Positions 1-8,292 of a stretch of DNA of 64,000 nt are shown in pieces. The notes beneath the pieces are model-generated. The model ran no database searches and was not told the origin of the DNA. It saw only the letters and a list, made by a program, of their open reading frames with translations. How positions within the stretch are numbered: the stretch's first letter is position 1; each line of letters begins with the position of its first letter. Origin of the DNA: Candidatus Desulfaltia sp. Lineage in GTDB: Bacteria > Acidobacteriota > Aminicenantia > Aminicenantales > UBA8522. The position numbers and the translations under genes were made by a program. The stretch covers positions 3,812 through 67,811 of the forward strand of contig DATKXS010000151.1 of the NCBI GenBank assembly GCA_035528895.1, in the 5' to 3' direction.

Positions 1-348
1 GGGGATGTATTTCCGAAGGTCATCGTTCAATGTCAGCTTCCCATCATGGATCAGCCCGGCAACACAATACCCGACGAATTGTTTTGATATGGAGGCCATA
101 TAAAACTTGGTGGAAGGCGTCACCCCGACGGAATGCTCCAGGTCGGCGCAGCCGTAGCCTTTGATGAAGATCAATTCGCTGTCCTTCACGATAGCGATGG
201 CCCCGCCGGGCGAATGAGGAGCGTCCCACTCCTTGAATACGGCATCTATTTTCAATGCCAACGAATCGGTTTCTATGATCGTTTCGGCTCGGCTATAAAA
301 AGAATAAAAGAAAATGCCGCAAAGGATGAAAACGATGGCCCGCTTCAT
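1..348 (-). CDS. Serine hydrolase / beta-lactamase-family protein, N-terminal part (continues beyond window start)
   Basis: The six-frame track does not list this ORF. Manual reverse-complement translation of 1-348 gives MKRAIVFILCGIFFYSFYS (signal peptide), then ...IAIVKDSELIFIKGYGCADLE...FYMASISKQF with an S-x-x-K motif typical of class C beta-lactamase/PBP-like serine hydrolases. The ATG is the complement of 346-348. Confidence 0.5.
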   Translation of the reverse strand, partial: MKRAIVFILCGIFFYSFYSRAETIIETDSLALKIDAVFKEWDAPHSPGGAIAIVKDSELIFIKGYGCADLEHSVGVTPSTKFYMASISKQFVGYCVAGLIHDGKLTLNDDLRKYIP

Positions 349-367
349 GATGCTTCTTCCTTCGATC

Positions 368-637
368 CTAATTTGCATCCTTGACCCAGATGTCCTGATC
401 CCCGGAGCGATTGGAGGCGAAGGCGATCTTCTTCCCGTCCGGCGACCACTTGACATGATAGTCATGGGCCGGATCTTTTGTGATTTGCTTGATAATCCGG
501 CCCGGCGGATGTGCGGCCGGGGGGGATAATTTCGCGCCTGTTCCCGCCGGCATCAAGAAAACAGCCGTCCCCCAAAAGAATAACAAGGTGAATGCTTTCT
601 TCAGCATGTGGAGACTCCATCTTAAGCAGGGTTGCAC
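368..637 (-). CDS. Small secreted protein with a single TolB-like PD40 beta-propeller repeat (possible gene fragment)
   Basis: ORF-track protein has a hydrophobic signal-like N-terminus (MLKKAFTLLFFWGTAVFL) and the motif KWSPDGKKIAFASNRSGDQDIWV, characteristic of PD40/TolB repeats. It is only about 76-89 aa, so it may be a remnant. Confidence 0.3.
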   Translation of the reverse strand: MQPCLRWSLHMLKKAFTLLFFWGTAVFLMPAGTGAKLSPPAAHPPGRIIKQITKDPAHDYHVKWSPDGKKIAFASNRSGDQDIWVKDAN

Positions 638-911
638 GGTTCACTATAAATATATTTACGTCCGGATTCCCTTCCCGTTTTCTAGAAATTGGAGAAATTG
701 AGAATTTGGTGACAGTACGCTCTTTTCCTTTTTTTGAGGCAAGGCGCTGGCTGGAAAGTCGGACCCTTGCCACGGCCTTCCGCATCGGCTTTTCGGCGCC
801 GGTCCTCCGGGCGTCCGCGCTCAAGGCGGCCCCGCTCCGGACGATGGAGGTCGTCACTTCTTCCGGGGCCGGCGTCCTGCTGAGAGATCCTCGAGACGGG
901 AAGACGAAATT

Positions 912-1873
912 TCAGCGCGGCTCGGCCCTCATCTCTTTCCGGAAGCCAAGAGTCAGCGCGGCGCCGCCCGTTATCACGGCCATCAAAAGAAAGGAGGGCT
1001 GAAAGGCGACGAACCCGAGATCCGGCAGGATGTTGACCGAAGTGTGAAGGATGACCGGAACCAGCACCGCGCGGTTGGCTTTCAAGTAAAACCAGGTGAA
1101 GACAATATAGACGGCGATTCCCCAGACAATTCTGGCGAGGACGGTCAAGACCCAGAATCCGCCTCCGCCGAAAATATCGAGTGGCAGATGCCACAATGCA
1201 CAGAAGAAACCCAGATTCCGGCCGGCTTCGAGCGGGGTGCAAAACCGGAGCCAGAGAGGAAGCGCGTAACCGCTCCAGCCGGGTTCTTCTCCCAAGGAGC
1301 CTCCGAGAATGAGGTTCATGGCGAAAACGGTCATCAGGATCTTCAGAAATCCGGCCCATCCATTATGAAAGGACGCGACGTCGAAGGATCCGCCGGAGAG
1401 ACCGACGATCAGCCAACTGAAAAGAAAGAGAGCCGGGAAAGAAATCAGGGCGAGGGCCATCCACCGGCCTTTTGTCGCTCCGTGTTTTTCGGCCGTTGAA
1501 ACATGCAGAAAATATCGATTGAACGGAGAAAGATAGACCACGACGGCCAGAGCCGTGGCCGTCACGACCGCCAGTATCGCTGGAGAGAATTCCCCGATGC
1601 TGGATCTCCTTTCTCGGGCGATGAAGAACGCCAGCAGCAGGACCGCTCCGATGACCAGGGCCAGACGGACGCTGTTTCTGCGATGTCTTGCCGAAAGCCG
1701 TCCGGAAAGAATCAAGGCCGACAATGCGGGAGCGAATACCCCGACCTGGGCGGTCAGCCACTTCGTGTCATAGAAGGACTCCTCCCTGCCCAGAACCCCG
1801 GAGAGAAACCAGAGCGGCCAGGAGAGCAGAAGCGTCAACAGGTAGAACCTCAGCAGCTCATTTTTGGCTTCCA
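912..1873 (-). CDS. CPBP-family (CAAX protease / Abi) intramembrane metalloprotease
   Basis: Multi-TM protein with the three CPBP motifs in order: GEEPGWSG (EExxxR-like), FCALWH (FxxxH) and HTSVN (HxxxN). The track ORF (912-2162) is over-extended; the likely start is MEAKNELLRF near 1873. Confidence 0.55.
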
Positions 1874-2104
1874 TGCGATCTCCCCACAATTTTCCGGCTC
1901 CAAGCGCGGATTCGGAGGATAAGAAATTCGTTTTTCTGCTACCCCGGCGAAATGAGTGTTCGTGCGCAAACTTTGCCTCACCCCATCGTTGGGAATGATA
2001 GATCGCGGCGTGATCGGGTGTCAAGATGAGCGGGACTTGCGATAATATTAGGTGAGGAGCTGGTAGCCGCTCGGCTCGACTTCCTATAAAGACGGAAAAA
2101 ACGC

Positions 2105-2134
2105 TTGACATAGTCCTATACATAAGGTTATAAT
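2105..2134 (+). promoter_or_regulatory. Near-consensus sigma70-type promoter (TTGACA-18 nt-TATAAT) driving a leaderless transcript of the XRE regulator
   Basis: TTGACA at 2105-2110 and TATAAT at 2129-2134 in an AT-rich stretch. The ATG of the downstream ORF at 2141 lies 7 nt after the -10 element, so the predicted TSS coincides with the start codon. Confidence 0.4.
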
Positions 2135-2140
2135 GACGGT

Positions 2141-2338
2141 ATGGACAGAAGAGAGAAAGCAATCAAGGAACTTATGAGGTTCAAGAAGCGGGCGGGCTGG
2201 AGCCAGGATAGGCTGGCCAAGGAGCTGGGCGTTCACAATCAGACCGTGGGTGGCTGGCTCCGGGGGCTTTATAAGCCCAGCCTGCTGGCGCTCCCGCTGA
2301 TCGAGGCCTTTCTGAAGAAGGCAAGGAGGACGAAATGA
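2141..2338 (+). CDS. Small XRE-family helix-turn-helix transcriptional regulator (phage cI/Cro-like)
   Basis: 65 aa; ...AGWSQDRLAKELGVHNQTVGGWLRG... is a classic HTH_XRE signature. Its stop overlaps the start of the integrase gene. Confidence 0.55.
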   Translation: MDRREKAIKELMRFKKRAGWSQDRLAKELGVHNQTVGGWLRGLYKPSLLALPLIEAFLKKARRTK

Positions 2339-3519
2339 GGAAAACACATCCGAACCTGGTCTTTGTCCCGGCGACGAAGGACAAGAGGGGAAGGGAGAAG
2401 CCCGCCCACTACATGACCGAGCTGACGATTAATTACAAGCGGGTGAGACGGAACGCTGGGGCCACCAAGGAGGAGGCGCTGATCTACCTGGGCGAGTTGC
2501 GCAAGGCGGCCAAGGAGGGGAGGCTCGACGATCTCATCCGTCCACCGAAGGCGCTTCCGGGGTCGACGTTTGGGGAGTATGCCCAGGGCCTCCTCGATTC
2601 CGCTGAATGGAAGCAGAAGCGGAGCCGGAGGCGCGATGGTACTTCACTCGATGCCCTCAACAAGGTCTTCAAGAACGTACCGCTGGCCGAGATAACGGCG
2701 GGCGGCGTGCGCACGTACATGATCCGCAGGGTGAACAGTGACGGCCTGCGGCCCGCCACGGCGAATCGGGAGCTTAGCTTCCTGAAGTCGGTCCTCTATG
2801 CGGCCGAGTTCGACGGTATCATCCAGGCGAATCCGATTCGAGGCCGAAGGGTGAAAAGGCTGCAGGAGTGCAACGAGCGGGAGGAACATATACTCGGGCT
2901 GGGCATCACGGACGATAAGCTCCGTCGGCTCGTAGACGCGGGCGGCGAGTGGTTCGGCGTCGTCCTTCGGCTGGCGGTGACGCTGGGCATGCGCCAGGGC
3001 GAGATACTGAAAGCCGAGTGGAGGGACTTCAATCTGGCCCTCCGGACCCTGCGAGTACGGAAAGAGAACGCCAAGAGCAAGGAGGAGCGGACAATCCCGC
3101 TTGGCCCGGAGCTGGCCGTGGCGATTGACACACTCCCGAGAATAGGGCAATATATCTTTTCCCTGCCCGACGGAGAGCGGAGACGGGACGTGCGTAAGCC
3201 CTGGCTGGCCGCATGCAAGGCGGCCGATATCCCGACGAGCCGGGCGAACGGAATCACGTTCCATGATCTCAGGCACTTCGCGGCCTCTCATCTTGTGAAG
3301 GTGACGGACGTGGTGACAGCTCAAAAAATTCTCGGCTGGAAAACACTCGACATGGTGAGGCGGTATGTTCACCCGACGGACGAGGACAAACGGTTGGCAG
3401 TGGAGGCTGTCGAGGCCGGGCTTTTCCGGGTACAAGGACGTCAAAATCCCGTCAATGATAAAAATGACGGGGCAGAAGAGAGGCCGGCTGAATCAACGCA
3501 AATTAAACGCGTTCAATAA
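2335..3519 (+). CDS. Tyrosine-type site-specific recombinase / phage integrase
   Basis: 394 aa. C-terminal catalytic region carries R...HDLRH...RRY (Arg, His-x-x-Arg, Tyr nucleophile in VRRYVH). The N-terminal SAM-like domain is typical of phage integrases. Confidence 0.8.
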   Translation: MRKTHPNLVFVPATKDKRGREKPAHYMTELTINYKRVRRNAGATKEEALIYLGELRKAAKEGRLDDLIRPPKALPGSTFGEYAQGLLDSAEWKQKRSRRRDGTSLDALNKVFKNVPLAEITAGGVRTYMIRRVNSDGLRPATANRELSFLKSVLYAAEFDGIIQANPIRGRRVKRLQECNEREEHILGLGITDDKLRRLVDAGGEWFGVVLRLAVTLGMRQGEILKAEWRDFNLALRTLRVRKENAKSKEERTIPLGPELAVAIDTLPRIGQYIFSLPDGERRRDVRKPWLAACKAADIPTSRANGITFHDLRHFAASHLVKVTDVVTAQKILGWKTLDMVRRYVHPTDEDKRLAVEAVEAGLFRVQGRQNPVNDKNDGAEERPAESTQIKRVQ

Positions 3520-3533
3520 TATTTGGCATATAT

Positions 3534-3606
3534 GGCCCGTTAGCTCAATAGGTAGAGCAGCGGACTCTTAATCCGCAGGTTGGAGGTTCGAGCCCTCCAC
3601 GGGTCA
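3534..3606 (+). tRNA. tRNA-Lys (anticodon CTT)
   Basis: 73-nt cloverleaf read directly. Acceptor stem ggcccgt/acgggtc with one G-U pair; D-arm agctcaataggtagagc; anticodon stem gcgga/tccgc with loop ctCTTaa; T-arm ggttcgagccctcc. No encoded CCA. Confidence 0.85.
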
Positions 3607-3620
3607 TTCGGATCCCTCCG

Positions 3621-3992
3621 ATGAAGATACGGGGCGCGCTGATTGTCTTGCTTCTGGCTATGGTGGTCGTCTATTTTCTCTTTTTCGCCAAGGCCGGGAA
3701 GAAAAGCTATATCGAAGCAACCCTGGATGCCAACACCAGGCTCCGGACCGGGATCACGGAGACCAATATGGCCACCATGGAAAAGGCGATCACCTTCTTC
3801 ACCGCCACCCAAGGCCAGACTCTCGAAAACCTGAAAGAGCTCTTCGCCACCCGCCTCTTCTCCGGAGACCCGTCCGACGGCTGGGGCACGCCCCTCAAGT
3901 ACGAACGGCTCTCGGAGGAGAATTATCGTTTGATTTCCGCCGGGCCGGACCGGACGTTTGACACGGACGACGATATCATCCTGGAGCGCTGA
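3621..3992 (+). CDS. GspG (type II secretion pseudopilin) C-terminal-domain-like protein with an uncleaved signal-anchor
   Basis: 123 aa. The C-terminus DGWGTPLKYERLS...ISAGPDRTFDTDDDI parallels the GspG motif DPWG..Y.....GxDG...DDI. The N-terminus is a plain hydrophobic anchor (MKIRGALIVLLLAMVVVYFLFF) without the G|FTLIE prepilin-peptidase motif. Confidence 0.5.
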   Translation: MKIRGALIVLLLAMVVVYFLFFAKAGKKSYIEATLDANTRLRTGITETNMATMEKAITFFTATQGQTLENLKELFATRLFSGDPSDGWGTPLKYERLSEENYRLISAGPDRTFDTDDDIILER

Positions 3993-3998
3993 TCCGGT

Positions 3999-4670
3999 TC
4001 AGCGGAAGCGGGTGAAAAACGGAGAATCCCGGCCGTCGTCAGAGTCGAGTCCCAGGCACTTGGCATAGCATCTGAGGACCTCAAGGTTCTTTTCTCCGTT
4101 GGAATGGTGATCGGGGGTCTCCTCTTCCAATGATTCCAGCCGGGACGGATCGACCCCGCACTGCTTGGCGATGTCCTCCAGGGACAGCCCCTTTCTCTCC
4201 CTGACCCTTTTGAGGTAGTCGCCGCAATAGGATAAATCGTCGGACAGACGCCGCCAGTGCCTTGCATCCCCATTCTCACCGGGAGTGCGGTTCTTCCGGC
4301 GGCGGCGGACTGGAGCGACGACGGACTTGATCTTGTCCCAGAGGCTGTCTTCCTCCGAGGCATCCTCGATCAGCAGGCGCTCTGTCGACCTGCGGAAGGA
4401 AGCCTTCTGCCGGAACTCCGGATGCCGGTCGCAGACGAGCAAGTCGTAGGCTTTTCTTTTCTCCGGGTCGTGCAGGGTCTGGAACGCGGCCTCGGCCTTG
4501 TTCAGGATGATGGCCCTCTCTTCGTCCAGGAGCACTCCGTAGGACGCCAGACTGTCCTGGTGGTAGGTGGCGATGGCCAGAAGGTAGGAGTTATCGATCT
4601 CTTTCGGGGAGGCGTCGCAGCGCAGGTTCAGGATCTCGTAGTAGTCCAGGTCCTCGATCTTCTTGATCAT
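3999..4670 (-). CDS. J-domain (DnaJ-like) protein with a C-terminal XRE-type HTH domain
   Basis: N-terminal DYYEILNL...AYHQDSL J-domain-like region. C-terminal YLKRVRERKGLSLEDIAKQCGVDPSRLESLE matches HTH_XRE. Translationally coupled to the upstream ParA-like gene (4 nt apart). Confidence 0.55.
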   Translation of the reverse strand: MIKKIEDLDYYEILNLRCDASPKEIDNSYLLAIATYHQDSLASYGVLLDEERAIILNKAEAAFQTLHDPEKRKAYDLLVCDRHPEFRQKASFRRSTERLLIEDASEEDSLWDKIKSVVAPVRRRRKNRTPGENGDARHWRRLSDDLSYCGDYLKRVRERKGLSLEDIAKQCGVDPSRLESLEEETPDHHSNGEKNLEVLRCYAKCLGLDSDDGRDSPFFTRFR

Positions 4671-4673
4671 CGT

Positions 4674-5624
4674 TCAAGCCCGGAGCGAAGACCTCTCTTC
4701 TTCCTTGACGGCCGGCTCGTCCTGGGAGAGGCGCTCCGCCATCGACCGGATCGTCCGGGAAACGGAGCTCTCGGGATATTCGAAGATGAACGGGGAGAAC
4801 TTCTTCAGGCTCCAATGGACCCGCTCGTCGTAGGGGATCGTGCCGAGGAGCTCCAGGTTGATGAGGAAATATTTGCGGACGACGTCGACGATCGAACGGC
4901 CGAGAAGAACGTCCTTTTTGTCCCGGGCCTTGTTGACCACGAGGTAGAGCCGGAGGCTTTTCAGGGCGGCGGTGAGGACCTGGCTGGCCGATCCGTCGCT
5001 GGCCGCCAGGTTCTCCAGAAACGTCCTCAAGGTGGTGGAACGGGATTCGAACTCTTCCTGAACTCTCTTGTCGAAGTCTCGGATCTCGAAATAGCGGGCG
5101 TAAGCCTTGAGGATCCTGAGGGCGCACGACCTCAGGAACAGATAGGTGTTTTCGATCGCCGTCGGCTCGGGTGTGACCACGAGGATTCCGGAACTGGCGA
5201 TGACGAACAGATCGAGGGTGTTGTAGGCGCTTCCCGTCCCCAGGTCGATGATCACTCTTTTCGACGGAAGGCTCTTGATCTGCCGGATAAGCTTCAGCTT
5301 CTTGTAGTGGTTGAGGTTGGCCAGGAAAAGCGTGTTCTCGCTTCCCCGGATAAGCCGCAGTCCGGGGAAGGAGGTGGATATGATGATATCCTCGAGGCGG
5401 TCCACCTGGTTCCTGATGAAATCGCCCAGGTCCCGTCCGCTTTCCCGGACGCCGAGAAGGGTATGCAGGTTGGGGCCTCCCAGGTCGGCGTCGATGGCGA
5501 TGACATCTCCTCGGTCAACGCCGAGGGCGATGGCCAGATTGGCCGAGAGGAAGGTTTTCCCCGTTCCTCCCTTGCCGCCGCCGACCGCCCAGATGACCAG
5601 GGGACGCTTTTTATCTTCGGACAT
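4674..5624 (-). CDS. ParA/MinD-family P-loop ATPase (deviant Walker A)
   Basis: 316 aa. VGGGKGGTGKTFLSANLAIAL is the deviant Walker A KGGxGK[ST] of the ParA/MinD/FlhG family. Other family features present are DADLGGPNL and a hydrophobic beta-strand core. Confidence 0.75.
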   Translation of the reverse strand: MSEDKKRPLVIWAVGGGKGGTGKTFLSANLAIALGVDRGDVIAIDADLGGPNLHTLLGVRESGRDLGDFIRNQVDRLEDIIISTSFPGLRLIRGSENTLFLANLNHYKKLKLIRQIKSLPSKRVIIDLGTGSAYNTLDLFVIASSGILVVTPEPTAIENTYLFLRSCALRILKAYARYFEIRDFDKRVQEEFESRSTTLRTFLENLAASDGSASQVLTAALKSLRLYLVVNKARDKKDVLLGRSIVDVVRKYFLINLELLGTIPYDERVHWSLKKFSPFIFEYPESSVSRTIRSMAERLSQDEPAVKEEERSSLRA

Positions 5625-5778
5625 TGGGATCGACCGTTCTTCGTGTGAATATGAGTTTCTATTCTAACACAGCGTCCCGGGGAAGTGAATATGTTCGAGC
5701 GAAAAATTGAATTCTGCCGCCGTTTCTGCTATCCTACACCCCATCATTCAAGGATCAAAAGAGGAGGAACGAACTTCG

Positions 5779-6177
5779 TTGAAAGACATCGGCAATATCG
5801 ACAGCAAGTACCGATTCGTCATTATCGCCTCCAAAAGGGCGAAAGAGCTTCTCAAGGGCGCCAAAGCCCGGGTCAAGTCCAGGTCCAAAAATCCCATCCG
5901 CATCGCCCAACAGGAAGTCCGGATGGGGCTCGTCGATTTCGAGATCCTGAAAAACAAGAAAGAGGACGCCTCGGATCAGGAGGAAACCGTCTTTCTCGGT
6001 GAGGAGGTCGGCGTCGGGTCAGCGGAGGAAGCAGCCGCCGATGTCGGGCCGGAGATATTCGGAGAAGAGGAAGGGCCCGACGAGGAAGAAGAAGAGGAAG
6101 AAGAGAAAGAGGCCGACTCTCCCGAGGACCCGGATGAGGAGAAGGAAGAGGAGGGGGGAGAAGCGGAGGAGGACTAA
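5779..6177 (+). CDS. rpoZ: DNA-directed RNA polymerase subunit omega (RpoZ) with an unusually long poly-acidic C-terminal tail
   Basis: Core IGNIDSKYRFVIIASKRAKELLKG resembles the RpoZ consensus (..NRF.LV..AA.RARQL). A likely TTG start at 5779 lies 11 nt after an AGGAGG. About 55 C-terminal residues are dominated by E/D (EEEEEEEEKE...). The track ORF starts further upstream at 5707. Confidence 0.5.
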   Translation: MKDIGNIDSKYRFVIIASKRAKELLKGAKARVKSRSKNPIRIAQQEVRMGLVDFEILKNKKEDASDQEETVFLGEEVGVGSAEEAAADVGPEIFGEEEGPDEEEEEEEEKEADSPEDPDEEKEEEGGEAEED

Positions 6178-6689
6178 GCTTTTTTCTCCTGTGCCTGCAA
6201 GATCTGCACGTAGTCCTGTTTGATCAGATCTCCGGAGGAGAATCCCAGGGTGCGGGCATATTTGATGATATCGCTCCGCTCGCCCTCGAATTCGCAGAAG
6301 CAACCGGCCGCCGTTTCATCGATCATGATCCGGATCCGGCCCCGCCGAAAGGTCGTCCTGAACTTCTGATAGCGGAAGACGGCCACGTATCCAAGTGAGC
6401 GCAGGATCCGCCGCAGTTCCTTTTCATCCCTGACTTCGGTTTCGTGCTCCTCGCGGACCTTGAATCGCCGCGATTTCTGGGCCGGACCCTTAAAGGTCAG
6501 AAAGACCTTGCGTCCGGCCCGGCGCACCCGGAGGGCGCATCCCTTCCCGGTCAAGGCCCGCGAAGGAAGGTCGAAGAGGGTGTTCTCCTCGGGATAGCGG
6601 TCCTTCTTGAGCAGCCCGCCGGATTTGAGGATGGCCTGCCGCGTGGCCGCGGCGTCGTTCACCCGGACTTTGATTTCGATCTCGACCAA
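6174..6689 (-). CDS. CYTH-domain protein (class IV adenylate cyclase / triphosphatase-like)
   Basis: 171 aa. The N-terminal MVEIEIKVRV (ExExK) motif and overall size are typical of the CYTH/CyaB-ThTPase fold. Confidence 0.55.
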   Translation of the reverse strand: MVEIEIKVRVNDAAATRQAILKSGGLLKKDRYPEENTLFDLPSRALTGKGCALRVRRAGRKVFLTFKGPAQKSRRFKVREEHETEVRDEKELRRILRSLGYVAVFRYQKFRTTFRRGRIRIMIDETAAGCFCEFEGERSDIIKYARTLGFSSGDLIKQDYVQILQAQEKKA

Positions 6690-6702
6690 GGCGGATCCGT
6701 CT

Positions 6703-7725
6703 CTATGTGCTTCTGGACAGCACGAATTCGGCCAGCAGGCTCAACGCCTCCCGATGAGCCGACTCCGGGAATCGGGAGACGATCTCACGGGCCCGGAGGG
6801 AGAATTCTTCGGCCTTGCGATAAGTATAATCCAGGGCCCCGTTGGCTCTGATGATGGCCAGGATCTCCTCCCTTGATTCCGGGGCCAGCTTCTTTCTTTT
6901 CATCAATGTCCGCAGGCGGCTGCGGTTGGCCGAACCGTCGTTGCGGAGGGTGTAGATGAGCGGCAGGGTGATGCGCCCCTCGCTCAGGTCCGAGAGGATG
7001 GGCTTGCCCAGCGCGTCTTCATCTCCCTGGAAATCGAGCAGGTCGTCGATCACCTGGAAGGTCAGACCCAAGTTTCGGCCGTAGTCAACGAGCAGGCGTT
7101 CCTGCTTCGGCGTCGCCCTGCCCAGGATGGCTCCGATCTGGCAGGCGGCGGCGAAAAGGGATGCCGTTTTCTGGTTGATGATCTCGAGGTAGTCCTGTTC
7201 GGCGGTGTCCAGATGGCCGCTCAGGGTATATTCGGTCAGCTCGCCGTCGATCATCCGTGTCGAGACATCGGTCAGGATGCGGACGACCCCGGGATAGGCG
7301 CTTTCGAGGGAAAGCCCGATGGTCTTGATATAGAGATAGTCACCCAGCAAGACGGAGATGTTCGGGCCCCAGCGGGTATGGACGGAGTCTCTCCCCCTTC
7401 TCCGGTCGGCGTTATCGATGATGTCGTCGTGGATCAGGCTGGCCGTGTGGATGAACTCGACCAGGGCGGCCGTGAAGACATGTTCATCGCCCCGGTAGCG
7501 GAGCAGCTTGGAGCAGAGAATGAGCAGGGCCGGCCGGATGCGCTTGCCTTTTTTTTGGAAGAGATAGCTGCTGATCTCGGAGATCAGCGGATTTGGCGAG
7601 GAGGAGAAGACCTTGAGCCTCTCCTCGACCCTGTCGAGTTCCTCCTGGATATGGTTGTAGACATCGGCGAGGTCACGCCTCTGAGCGAGCAGGTCCCGCG
7701 CTTTCTGAGGGAGGGGTTGTCTCAT
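6703..7725 (-). CDS. Polyprenyl diphosphate synthase (IspB-like trans-prenyltransferase)
   Basis: Two Asp-rich motifs: first DDIIDNADRRRG (DDxxD...RRG) and second DDLLD (FQVIDDLLDF), with spacing typical of long-chain polyprenyl synthases. Confidence 0.85.
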   Translation of the reverse strand: MRQPLPQKARDLLAQRRDLADVYNHIQEELDRVEERLKVFSSSPNPLISEISSYLFQKKGKRIRPALLILCSKLLRYRGDEHVFTAALVEFIHTASLIHDDIIDNADRRRGRDSVHTRWGPNISVLLGDYLYIKTIGLSLESAYPGVVRILTDVSTRMIDGELTEYTLSGHLDTAEQDYLEIINQKTASLFAAACQIGAILGRATPKQERLLVDYGRNLGLTFQVIDDLLDFQGDEDALGKPILSDLSEGRITLPLIYTLRNDGSANRSRLRTLMKRKKLAPESREEILAIIRANGALDYTYRKAEEFSLRAREIVSRFPESAHREALSLLAEFVLSRST

Positions 7726-8213
7726 CGGTAGTTGGCGAATTCCATATGGATACCGAAATCCTGCCCTCTGAGGAAGGCGATCACTTCCTGAAGAGTGTCG
7801 ATCTTCGGCGAAGAGATGCGGACCTGGTCTCCCTGGATGGCCGCCTGGGCTCTGAATTTTTGCTGTTTGATCAGCTTGACGATCTCGCGGGCCTTCTCGA
7901 TGGGGATGCCCGCCTGGAAGTGGACCTCTTGCTTGACCGTCCGGTTGGGCCCGGCCTCGACCTTCTGGTACAGGACGGCCTTGAGGGGGATGCGGCGTTT
8001 GACCATTTTTTGCTCCAGGACCTCGATAAGGCTGCGGAGCTTGATGCCGTCCTCGGCGATCAGGATCAGCCGGTCCTTTTCCTGGACGATCTCGGCCCGG
8101 CTGTGCTTGAAATCGAAGCGGTTGGTGATCTCCTTGAGGGTGATGTGGATGGCGTTCGAAACCTCCTGCCGGTCGATCTTGGAGACGATGTCGAACGAAT
8201 GGTCAGGCATCAT
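7722..8213 (-). CDS. YajQ-family nucleotide-binding protein (UPF0234)
   Basis: 163 aa with N-terminus MPDHSFDIVSKIDRQEV, characteristic of YajQ (MPSFDIVSE.D..E). Confidence 0.75.
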   Translation of the reverse strand: MMPDHSFDIVSKIDRQEVSNAIHITLKEITNRFDFKHSRAEIVQEKDRLILIAEDGIKLRSLIEVLEQKMVKRRIPLKAVLYQKVEAGPNRTVKQEVHFQAGIPIEKAREIVKLIKQQKFRAQAAIQGDQVRISSPKIDTLQEVIAFLRGQDFGIHMEFANYR

Positions 8214-8292
8214 GGGGCTTTATCTTAGCATTGAAGGGCCATTTTTTCAAACCGCCTTTTCTCTTCTTCCTGCCGCTTTTTCAACAGCCCCT

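Noticed and set aside
740-780. Inverted repeat ggcaagg...ccttgcc as terminator of the CPBP-protease gene
   Set aside because: The T-run lies on the wrong side of the hairpin for the minus-strand transcript, and the stem is only 7 bp with a 21-nt loop, so it is not a convincing intrinsic terminator.
4257-5648. 463-aa plus-strand ORF overlapping the ParA-like gene
   Set aside because: It lies antisense to a gene with clear family motifs. It has a low-complexity GC-driven composition (G/D/E/V/Q-rich) with no recognisable domain. This is a typical long antisense ORF in a high-GC genome.
6000-6177. GAA/GAG-rich tract as a non-coding microsatellite
   Set aside because: It is in frame within the rpoZ ORF and encodes the acidic tail. 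It is not an intergenic repeat.
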